Shown: one piece after another, positions 1 to 8,600 of the stretch
How positions within the stretch are numbered: position 1 is the first letter of the stretch
How the letters are laid out: the number at the start of each line of letters is the position of its first letter
IMG/VR virus record: IMGVR_UViG_3300030331_005526
Coordinates: 1 to 25,150 of that record
DNA: 25,150 nucleotides
From: a virus
Taxonomy: Duplodnaviria > Caudoviricetes
Reading direction: 5' to 3' (one strand)
Position numbers and translations under genes: made by a program
The notes under the pieces: generated by a model
What the model saw: the letters and a program-made list of their open reading frames with translations, nothing else
Told to the model about the DNA's origin: nothing
The model's database searches: none

Positions 1-872
1 AGTATATTTTTATGGGTATGGCAGCGTATGGTCATCCCGTTCACTTGAATGTGGTCGAGAGAGCATTACGCAGAAATAATCATAAAGGAATTAGACTTGG
101 TAATTACGATAGGTGTGATGTCGCCAAGAGTGCAGAAAGAATATTGCAATTAGAATTGAATGAGATATTCGACATAGCATCTCGATATAGTAAGAACATA
201 TGCTACGGGGGTGGTGTTGCCTTGAACTGCGTTGTAAATACAGGTCTAAGGGAAATGTATAACCTTTGGATTATGCCTTGTCCTGGCGACGCAGGGGGTG
301 CTCTAGGAGCAGCATGTCTAGCGTATGGTAAGAAGGTTGCCTTTAGTCCGTACCTTGGATATAATATACAAAAGTTCTGTGATCCAAGGAGAGTTGTTGA
401 TGCACTCCTCGAAAAAAGAGTCGTGGGGGTTGCGAATGGCCGTGCTGAGTTTGGTCCTCGTGCTCTCGGCAATAGAAGTTTATTGGCGGATCCGAGGCAA
501 GCTAGCACAAAAGACTTAGTAAATGAAATCAAACGAAGAGACAAATTCAGACCCTTTGCCCCTGCAGTTTTGGAGGAGCATTGTCAGGACTACTTTGATA
601 TGCCTTCCAATTCGAGATACATGTCCTATGTCTATAAGTGTAAGCAACCTAAGGCGATACCTGCTTGTATACACGTCGATGGTAGTGCGAGGGTACAAAC
701 GGTACCGTTAGATTCAGAGAGTATACTGAGACCAATACTGGAGGCTTGGTATGCACGTACAGGTTGTCCTGTATTGCTGAATACCTCTTTGAATATCAAA
801 GGTAAACCAATGGTCAACACAATAGCAGATGCAAAATTATTTGAGCAGAAGTATGAAATTACAGTTTTCTAA
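1..872 (+). CDS. Carbamoyltransferase, NodU/CmcH/TobZ family (5'-truncated by the window edge)
   Basis: The frame is open from the window start (YIF-MGMAAYG, matching the internal family motif EYxxMGLAAYG), so ATG 12 is probably not the true start. Family motifs present: GGVALNC, PGDAGGALGAA, GRAEFGPRALGNRSLLADP, KRRDKFRPFAP, HVDGSARVQT, LLNTSLNIKGKP. Stop TAA at 870-872. Confidence 0.93.
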   Translation, partial: YIFMGMAAYGHPVHLNVVERALRRNNHKGIRLGNYDRCDVAKSAERILQLELNEIFDIASRYSKNICYGGGVALNCVVNTGLREMYNLWIMPCPGDAGGALGAACLAYGKKVAFSPYLGYNIQKFCDPRRVVDALLEKRVVGVANGRAEFGPRALGNRSLLADPRQASTKDLVNEIKRRDKFRPFAPAVLEEHCQDYFDMPSNSRYMSYVYKCKQPKAIPACIHVDGSARVQTVPLDSESILRPILEAWYARTGCPVLLNTSLNIKGKPMVNTIADAKLFEQKYEITVF

Positions 873-1359
873 ACCACAGAGTCTTGAAGAATATGTCGGA
901 CAGATTCCAAATATAAAATCTCATACTTTACTTTACGGTGAGATGGGTGTGGGGAAATCTACTCTAGGGGAATTATTGAGAGATACTTATGGTTACATTT
1001 TTATTGATGAGATACACAGATATCAAGAAAGTATTCTGACGCTTATGAATCATGATGTTGTTATAGGTGCAACTAAAGACCTAAACCTTCTCTGTGGTGA
1101 TTTGAGGTCTAAATTTGTTTGTCACGAAGTCAAACCTAGTGAGCAAGAATTGGAAACTATTTTACTCACTTACTTAGGAAAAGAAGATTACATTTTTGAC
1201 AGAAGTATAATAACTAAAATTGTAAGGGCATCAAGACTTAATACAAGACGATCACTTAGATTATTCAAAAGAATACAGCAATATTCAAAGTATGTGCGAG
1301 ACACTAATATTATCTCACATAATATAGTAGACTATGTTATAGAAAAAACTGATTTATGA
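853..1359 (+). CDS. Miniaturised RuvB-like AAA+ ATPase-fold protein (168 aa)
   Basis: RuvB motifs occur in the correct order: KPQSLEEYVGQ, HTLLYGEMGVGKSTL (Walker A), FIDEIHR (Walker B), IGAT (sensor 1), LRSKF (Arg-finger region) and RASRLNTRRSLRLFKRI (sensor 2 helix). ATG 853 is preferred over 829 because it gives a shorter overlap with the upstream gene. Confidence 0.75.
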   Translation: MKLQFSKPQSLEEYVGQIPNIKSHTLLYGEMGVGKSTLGELLRDTYGYIFIDEIHRYQESILTLMNHDVVIGATKDLNLLCGDLRSKFVCHEVKPSEQELETILLTYLGKEDYIFDRSIITKIVRASRLNTRRSLRLFKRIQQYSKYVRDTNIISHNIVDYVIEKTDL

Positions 1360-2000
1360 ACTCAATTACTTTTAGTGGGTGTAGTATTACATGGGGTGAC
1401 GAATTAAATGATAGGTTGAATGAAAGATACAGCAAACTTGTTGCAGATCATTACAACACTAAAGGATACAATATGTCAGAATGTGGTATCAGTAATGATG
1501 CGATAGTAAGAAGAACAATTGAATACTTACAAGGCACAAGACCAGATTTAGTAGTTTTACAATTCACTGTGACACAACGAATTGAATTTTTTGATGCAAA
1601 TGTTGAACCAGAGAAATGGACACCTCAAAGATTGAAGTCTGTTAGACAAAGAGATTATTACACAAGAATATACAATGAGGTATTGGGAGCAGAGAACTTA
1701 TGGAAAAATATATTTCTCTTTGATTCTTTTTGTAAAAGCATAGGTCAAAAGTATGTGTCTATAATTGCAGAACATTATGAGAGCACACAAAGGTGGCCAG
1801 AAAGGTATTATGAAAACAAAAAAGGGTATTGGAGAAGTTTGTGTAATGACTATACTCCAGTATGGATGCATATGGATGTACTCAAAGGATTGAAACAATG
1901 CCCTGCTCACTATGCCAATGGATTTAACGGTGGGCATCCAAGTGCGAAAGGTCACAAAGCGATAGCAAATAAAATCATTGAGTTGATAGACGCTATATAA
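1356..2000 (+). CDS. SGNH/GDSL hydrolase-like protein (possible O-acyl esterase or transferase)
   Basis: Block I-like FSGCSITWG, block II-like NMSECGISN, block III-like PDLVVLQFT and block V-like GGHPSAKGH. ATGA overlap with the upstream stop. Confidence 0.7.
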   Translation: MNSITFSGCSITWGDELNDRLNERYSKLVADHYNTKGYNMSECGISNDAIVRRTIEYLQGTRPDLVVLQFTVTQRIEFFDANVEPEKWTPQRLKSVRQRDYYTRIYNEVLGAENLWKNIFLFDSFCKSIGQKYVSIIAEHYESTQRWPERYYENKKGYWRSLCNDYTPVWMHMDVLKGLKQCPAHYANGFNGGHPSAKGHKAIANKIIELIDAI

Positions 2001-2011
2001 AGTGTTATAAT
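1983..2011 (+). promoter_or_regulatory. Host sigma70-type (early-like) promoter upstream of the GT2-like gene
   Basis: TTGATA (1983-1988), a 17-bp spacer, then TATAAT (2006-2011), with an extended -10 TG at 2003-2004. It ends 21 nt upstream of ATG 2033. Confidence 0.7.
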
Positions 2012-2032
2012 GATTATGACTGAACTCTAATT

Positions 2033-2785
2033 ATGGCCAAAGGATTTAAGGTGGTCTCCAAACCACCAATTGAGAAGAAAGATGAATTTGACATCGAAGC
2101 AGCAAAACAACTTATCAAGGGTAAGAGTATTGTATTCTGTTTACCTGGTAGAGGTGTATCATACATTTTTCTAAAGAATTTTGTATCACTCTGTTTTGAA
2201 TTGGTACAGAATGGGGCAAACATTCAAATTGCACAAGACTATAGTTCTATGGTTAATTTTGCAAGATGCAAAGTTTTAGGTGCAAATGTGCTAAGAGGAC
2301 CTGATCAATTACCTTGGGACGGTAAACTAAACTATGACTATCAACTGTGGATAGACAGCGACATTGTATTCAACCTCGAAAACTTTTATAGAGTTATAGC
2401 AATGGATAAAGATATTGCAGGTGGTTGGTATGCTACAGAGGATGGTAGAACCACTTCATGTGCACATTGGTTAGAAGAGGATGATTTCAAAGAAAATGGC
2501 GGTGTGATGAATCACGAGATGGTAGATGGTATTGTAAAACGTCGTAAACCATTCACTGTTGATTACTCTGGGTTTGGTTGGTTACTTATCAAAAAGGGTG
2601 TGTTTGAACATAAAGATATGAAGTATCCTTGGTTCGCTCCTCAAATGCAGGTATTTGACTCAGGTGAAGTACAAGATATGTGTGGTGAGGATGTGTCATT
2701 CTGTCTTGATGCAATCAAAGCAGGGTACGAGATATGGATAGATCCTCAGTGCAGAGTAGGTCATGAGAAAACTAGAATCATATAG
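2033..2785 (+). CDS. GT-A fold (GT2-like) glycosyltransferase-like protein of cyanomyophage type
   Basis: YDYQLWIDSD (DxD motif), SGFGWLLIKKGVFE, CGEDVSFC (GT2-type ED motif) and IWIDPQCRVGHEK. Confidence 0.75.
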   Translation: MAKGFKVVSKPPIEKKDEFDIEAAKQLIKGKSIVFCLPGRGVSYIFLKNFVSLCFELVQNGANIQIAQDYSSMVNFARCKVLGANVLRGPDQLPWDGKLNYDYQLWIDSDIVFNLENFYRVIAMDKDIAGGWYATEDGRTTSCAHWLEEDDFKENGGVMNHEMVDGIVKRRKPFTVDYSGFGWLLIKKGVFEHKDMKYPWFAPQMQVFDSGEVQDMCGEDVSFCLDAIKAGYEIWIDPQCRVGHEKTRII

Positions 2786-2791
2786 ATAGCG

Positions 2792-2983
2792 GTGATGACC
2801 AATATAACTGCTATGGAATTGTACGATATTTACATCAAAGGGAGTAAAGAATTTAGTCAAATATCAGAGGAGGAGATGCTTGATATTACGCAAGAACTGG
2901 CAGATGATTATTACAAAGAAGGGTTTCCTCACCCTGATGAAATAGAGGTAAGATATCTTGGGCATGAAGAAGACCCCCAATAG
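2792..2983 (+). CDS. Small acidic hypothetical protein (start may be GTG 2792, ATG 2795 or ATG 2813)
   Basis: It fills the gap between the GT gene and the terminator on the same strand. Acidic sequence ISEEEMLDITQELADDYYKEGFPHPDEIE. Confidence 0.7.
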   Translation: MMTNITAMELYDIYIKGSKEFSQISEEEMLDITQELADDYYKEGFPHPDEIEVRYLGHEEDPQ

Positions 2984-2994
2984 GGGTCTTTTTT
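2970..2994 (+). terminator. Rho-independent terminator
   Basis: Perfect 8-bp stem AAGACCCC / GGGGTCTT with loop CAATA, running into a T-tract (2989-2994). The TAG stop of the upstream ORF lies at the loop/stem junction. Confidence 0.88.
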
Positions 2995-2998
2995 GTCT

Positions 2999-3015
2999 CT
3001 AAATAATGATAAATA
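2999..3015 (+). promoter_or_regulatory. Tandem T4-like (gp55-type) late promoter boxes
   Basis: CTAAATA (2999-3005) and ATAAATA (3009-3015) resemble the T4 late consensus TATAAATA. They lie between the terminator and the first structural gene. Confidence 0.7.
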
Positions 3016-3035
3016 TACCCAGACTATAATTTGTA

Positions 3036-3440
3036 GTGCCCACACAAAGGTTTTCACAAGGATTCAAGGATATCTCCTTATCCTTTAAAAGACATCCAGT
3101 AACAAATGACATTCTTGCATTAAGAAATGAGGATGCCATAAAACGTTCTGTGCAAAATTTAGTTCGTACGATAAGAGGTGAAGTTTTTTTCAATGAACTC
3201 GTAGGCACAAACATTTCTAATTCACTATTTGAATTAGCGAATGGTGATTATATTGATCCATTGAGAACTCGGATTGAGACTGTAATTAGTAACTTTGAAC
3301 CAAGAGTCAATTTGACTAAAGTTGATTTTCAAACCTTTCCCGATCAAAATGCAATTGATGTTACTATAAATTATGAAATTATTGGACTCTCTGCTCCTTC
3401 ACAAACTGTCAATTTTATTCTAGAACCCACAAGGTTATAA
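3036..3440 (+). CDS. gp25: Baseplate wedge subunit gp25
   Basis: FKDISLSFKRHPVTNDI, NEDAIKRSVQNLVRT, GEVFFN and ISNFEPRV are typical of the GPW/gp25 family. GTG start, directly upstream of gp6. Confidence 0.92.
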   Translation: MPTQRFSQGFKDISLSFKRHPVTNDILALRNEDAIKRSVQNLVRTIRGEVFFNELVGTNISNSLFELANGDYIDPLRTRIETVISNFEPRVNLTKVDFQTFPDQNAIDVTINYEIIGLSAPSQTVNFILEPTRL

Positions 3441-5608
3441 TGGCACTGCAACAATTTACAAATCTAAACTTTGAGGACATCAAAACCTCAATAAAAGATT
3501 ACTTAAGACAAAACTCAAATTTCACTGACATGGATTTTGAGGGGTCAAATCTTTCTGTTATTGTAAATTTGCTTGCATATAATTCATACACCACAGCATA
3601 TAATACTAACGCAGTTGTAAACGAAACATTTATAGACAGTGCTACACTTAGAGAGAACGTAGTATCACTAGCAAGAAATATAGGTTACGTGCCTCGTTCA
3701 AAAAGAGCAGCGAGAATGTTGGTTGATTATGCTATGTCTGGAATAACAACTACTACAAATACAATTACTTTTCAACCTGGTTTGATAGGAAATGGGAGTG
3801 TATCAAATATTAATTTTTTATTCTCTATACCTGAGAAAATGACAGCTTCCGCTACAGAGGGTCAATCAACTGGTGTAATTGAAGTTTTTCAAGGACAATA
3901 TTTAGAATCAAGATTTGTCGTAAATGATTCTCTTCCCAATCAAAGATATATTTTACCTAATAATGGTATTGATACTTCAACCATAAGAGTGAAGGTAAGG
4001 GAGAATAATTCAAGCACTACATCAGAAGAATATAAATTAGTTGATAATATAATTGGCATAACTTCAACCTCAAACATATATCTAATTCAAGAAACCACTG
4101 ATGAAAAGTATGAAGTATTATTTGGTGATAATATTTTTGGAAAAAAATTATCTAATGGAAATTTGATAGAGATATCTTATATTAAAACTGAAGGTAAGGA
4201 CGGAAATGGTGTAAGAAGATTATCATTTTCTGGAACAGTGACTGATGAAAATAATGTTACTGAAACAGAAATATCAACATCTATTATACCACAATTTCCA
4301 TCACAAAATGGTGATGATATAGAAGATGTAAGAAGTATAAGGTATTATGCACCTAGACTATACTCTTCACAACACAGAGCAGTCACAGCAAATGATTATG
4401 AAGCAATTGTTCCATCAGTGTACCCTAATATAGAATCAATAAGTGCCTTTGGTGGTGAGGAGTTGTCACCTCCAAAATACGGTAGAGTTTTTATCGCAGC
4501 AAAACCAAAAAACGGATCGTTTTTATCAGAATTTACTAAAAAACAGATACTTACATCATTAAAAAATTATTCTGTGGCAGGCATAGTGCCAGAGATTATT
4601 GACTTGAAATTTTTATACGTTGAACTTGACACTCATGTATACTATAACGCAAACTTCGTAGGTGATACGCAAAACTTAAGAAGTGATGTGATAACTGCTA
4701 TGACTGCTTTTGCGAGTGGAACAGAATTGAATAAATTTGGAGGTAGATTTAAGTATAGTAAAGTTTTATCTCTCATTGACCGAGTAAGTGATTCTATCAC
4801 TTCAAATATCACTACAATAAGAATTAGAAGAAATTTAGTGGCACAATTAGACGTATTCAGTCAGTATGAAATATGTTTTGACAATACATTTCATAGAAAT
4901 GAATCCAGTTATAACATTAAATCTACAGGTTTCAACGTGTCAAATGTTTCAGGCACGGTGTATTTTTCAGATCAACACACACCTGGCACGGATAAAGGTA
5001 AATTATTTCTTTTTCAAATTGATGGAGATTCAAAAGTCAAAATTTTATCCACGACATTTGGTTCTGTAGATTATAAAAAAGGTGAGGTCATAATTGACAC
5101 TGTGAATATTACAGGCACATTATTACCTGACAACATTATTGAAATACAAGCAGTGCCACAATCAAATGATGTGCTTGCAAGAAAAGAACTATATCTTCAA
5201 TTTGATGTATCGAATAGTAATTTCTTTATGAGAGAGGATCCTATATCTACGGGGGCAAATACATCTGGTACAAGATATGACCCACAATCAAGTTATAGTA
5301 ATGGTGCAAAAGTAAGAGGTGCAATCATAACAAGCTCAGCGAGCACCTCAAATTTAGTTGGATACGTGAACGGAAATCCTTACTACGGACCTTTTCACTT
5401 TCACCCAAATACAGGTAAGAAAATGGTTGGTGCGTTCCATGTTTCCACTCCTCATGACACCATATACGCTACCAAGGCAGAGAGTTTAGGAATTGCTGCT
5501 GACAGTGCCCCTATAGATAGTTCGACAACTAGCACGTCAATGACATCGACAACATCGTCGTCATCTTCATCATCATCCTCAAGCAGTAGTAGTGGATACG
5601 GATACTAA
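3440..5608 (+). CDS. gp6: Baseplate wedge subunit gp6 with C-terminal extension
   Basis: LNFEDIKTSIKDYL, FTDMDFEGSNLS, NETFIDSATLRENVVSLARNIGYVPRS, RAVTANDYEA and PPKYGRVFIAAKP match T4-type gp6. TAATG overlap with gp25. Confidence 0.93.
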   Translation: MALQQFTNLNFEDIKTSIKDYLRQNSNFTDMDFEGSNLSVIVNLLAYNSYTTAYNTNAVVNETFIDSATLRENVVSLARNIGYVPRSKRAARMLVDYAMSGITTTTNTITFQPGLIGNGSVSNINFLFSIPEKMTASATEGQSTGVIEVFQGQYLESRFVVNDSLPNQRYILPNNGIDTSTIRVKVRENNSSTTSEEYKLVDNIIGITSTSNIYLIQETTDEKYEVLFGDNIFGKKLSNGNLIEISYIKTEGKDGNGVRRLSFSGTVTDENNVTETEISTSIIPQFPSQNGDDIEDVRSIRYYAPRLYSSQHRAVTANDYEAIVPSVYPNIESISAFGGEELSPPKYGRVFIAAKPKNGSFLSEFTKKQILTSLKNYSVAGIVPEIIDLKFLYVELDTHVYYNANFVGDTQNLRSDVITAMTAFASGTELNKFGGRFKYSKVLSLIDRVSDSITSNITTIRIRRNLVAQLDVFSQYEICFDNTFHRNESSYNIKSTGFNVSNVSGTVYFSDQHTPGTDKGKLFLFQIDGDSKVKILSTTFGSVDYKKGEVIIDTVNITGTLLPDNIIEIQAVPQSNDVLARKELYLQFDVSNSNFFMREDPISTGANTSGTRYDPQSSYSNGAKVRGAIITSSASTSNLVGYVNGNPYYGPFHFHPNTGKKMVGAFHVSTPHDTIYATKAESLGIAADSAPIDSSTTSTSMTSTTSSSSSSSSSSSSSGYGY
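5515..5605 (+). repeat. Low-complexity Ser/Thr tract at the gp6 C-terminus
   Basis: Encodes SSTTSTSMTSTTSSSSSSSSSSSSSGYGY using mixed TCN and AGY codons. Confidence 0.85.
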
Positions 5609-8600
5609 TGATACAGACATCATTAACAAAAGTCAAAATATATGAAATAATTGAAAGTCAAATACCAGAGGTAATTGACAATGAGAATCCTCTTTTTGGA
5701 GATTTTCTAAAACAGTATTATATTTCTCAAGAGTATCAAGGTGGTGCTATAGATATCGCTGAAAATCTTGTTGAGTACAAAAGTTTAGATTTTTTAAACA
5801 CTCGAAATCTCATTGGTTTTACCTCAATCACTCGATATACAAGACCAAATGATGATATAATTTATGTCGATTCAACAAATGGTTGGCCTAACCAATACGG
5901 TTTATTAAAAATTGATAATGAGATTATTACATACACAGGTATAGGTTCAACGACATTTGAGGGTTGTGTAAGAGGTTTCAGTGGTATTGAAAACAATAAC
6001 AAAACTAATGAACCTGAATATCTCACATTTTCCAATACTGGTATATCAACACATGGTGTGAGTGCTAGAGTACATAATCTTAGTAATGTTTTCTTACAAG
6101 AATTTCTAAAAAAACTTAAGAAACAAGTACTATCAGGATTTGCTGAAAGAAAATTAGATGAAAAACTCAATCAATCTAATTTTATAAGACAATCAAAAGA
6201 TTTTTACAAATCAAAAGGAACTGAAGAGGCATTTAAAATATTATTCGGAGCACTATATGCTGAGAAGGTTGAAATGATTCAACCATCAAAATTTATCATA
6301 AGTCCATCAGACGCTGATTATATTGTAAATGATGTATTATTATGTGAGTTGATTTCTGGTAATCCACTTAAGATAACGGGTCAGAGTCTTGTGCAAGAGA
6401 CAATCCCCTTACAAACAAGTGGTTCAATTTACAATGTTGAGAAATCTATCATAGGTGGCAAAACTTATTATAAGATAGCAATATCAAAAGGAACAACTTT
6501 TGGTAAGTTTCAGCAAGTTGGTAAAACATTCCTAACACAATCATCACCTGTGGGATCCACAGTATTGAATGTAGACTCGACTATTGGATTTGGTGCGACA
6601 GGAAGAATAAGTTATGAAGATAGAAATATATCCTACACATCAAAATCACTTACACAATTTTTAGGTGTAGATCCGCTTACATCACCATGCGGAATAGGTT
6701 CGACAGTAAAATCTGGTATTATCGCATTTTCATATGAAGATGGAGATTTAAGTTTTCCTGTAACTTTCAATATATTAGGTGTGTTGAATAAGTTTGTTGG
6801 GGATCCAATCAATCAACAAGAAGACTCAATTATAAACGTAAGTCAATTAGGTAAGATAGAAAAGGAGTTAAGATATAAAACATGGATATACAACACAGCA
6901 TCAACTTATGCTGTAGAGACATTCTTATTACGTAATACAAATAATTATGATTTTATCCTCACCGCAAAAGAATTTTCACTATATGTGGGTGATCAAATTG
7001 AAGTTATTGATACAATACAACCCTCGATAATTTTTAATGGTAGTATAACCTTCGTATATGATGACGACAATGAATTTTCAATATCAGTAAACGTACCTAC
7101 ACTTGATGAAAACAGAAAATATAAAATTAGAAGAATACTTAAACTGCAGGGTGGTATAACAGCTGACGTTCAAAACACTTATTCTCAATTTGGAGTGCCT
7201 TACGTTGCTTCAAACAGTCTCCCACACTGGCCTATTGATCCACAAAAAAGAGTAAGGACATTTTCAAATGCAGGTATATCAACCACACAAGTAGAGATAA
7301 ATTTACCTGATCACAATTTACATGATGGTGATTTAGTCGTATATTCATCTTCGGGTATAGGCACACTTACAAATTTGAATGAGGGTGAAGCATATTTTAT
7401 CAAAAAAGTTGATAGTAGCACTGTCAAACTTGCTTACACAGGAGAAAACGTAAGGAGAGGTCAATTTATTACAGCATTTTTTGGTAATGATATTGGAGTA
7501 ACAACTTCTCATACACTTACGCCATTTTCTATCTTTGGTAATGAGATGGGTGGACAAAAATTACTTAGAAAATTTGACAAGCCCGAATTCGGTGATAGAG
7601 AAAAAACTATTCAGGGAGGAGTTGGTTTATTTGTTAACGGTGTTGAAGCATACTCATATAAATCATCGGACATTGTATATTTCGGACCTTTGCAATCTGT
7701 TGAAGTATTGAATAAAGGCACAGATTATGATATAGTGACTCCACCAAGATTATCTGTTACACAAGACGGACATACTGGTGTGGGAGCATCTGTTATTGCA
7801 CAAGTAGAGGGTAAGTTACGAGAAGTTTTAGTTGACAAAGAAGGACTAGATTACGAAGAGATACCTACCGTAAAAATTTCAGGAGGAAATAATACTACAG
7901 CTGTAATAAAGGCAAAAATGAAGACAGTTCATCATACTGTTGAATTTGATGCGACATCATCAGGTGGTGTAGTAAACACAGCAACTGATAGGTTTGTATT
8001 TACAAAACCACATGGTCTGAAAGATGCTGAAGAGATAATATATGATGTAAATGGAAGTAGTGCTATTGGAATCGGTGTTACACCAGGTTCATTGGTAGAC
8101 ACTGCCCCATATTTTGTTGTGAAAATAGATGATTTTCAAATACATTTGTCAGAATCAAAAACAAAAGCACTTGCTGGAATTGGCACAATAGATCTATCAA
8201 CAAATGGTGGTGGATTACAAAGATTTAAGACAATCGCAAGAAGACAAAAAGTTGATAAAATTTTAGTCGAAGATGAGGGTTCCTTTAAAAATAGAGAATT
8301 ACGCACCATCTCAGGTATCAATACATTTACAGATACCATCAATATTCCTTCACATGGATTCAACAATTCTGAGATAGTAAAATACTCATCAGATACATCA
8401 GTCATAGGTGGACTTACAAATAACGCAGAGTACTTCGTAGATAAAATAAACGACGATAGTTTTAGACTATCAAATAATAAAGAATTATCTTCTTACATTT
8501 CATTAAAAAATGACGGACTAGGCACACATACATTTCAAGATCCACCTATTTCTATTGAGATTAGCGGAAGACAAGGTATATCAACTGACAATGCAAGTGC

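Noticed and set aside
203-820. Short ORFs 203-544(-), 325-519(+), 516-698(-), 523-711(+), 632-820(-)
   Set aside because: All lie inside the well-supported carbamoyltransferase and show no motifs; they are shadow ORFs.
829-852. Longer start (ATG 829) for the RuvB-like ORF
   Set aside because: It would overlap the upstream gene by 44 nt, and RuvB similarity begins only after ATG 853.
853-1359. Calling this a canonical ruvB, or a pseudogene
   Set aside because: It is too short and lacks the RuvA-binding hairpin and winged helix for a ruvB call. There are no stops or frameshifts and it is tightly coupled to its neighbours, so pseudogene status is unsupported.
3025-3030. TATAAT upstream of gp25 as a sigma70 promoter
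   Set aside because: There is no plausible -35 or extended -10, and it lies only 5 nt before the start codon. The late boxes explain the region better.
1698-3214. Antisense ORFs 1698-1955, 2014-2223, 2999-3214
   Set aside because: They overlap supported + strand genes and have no recognisable features.
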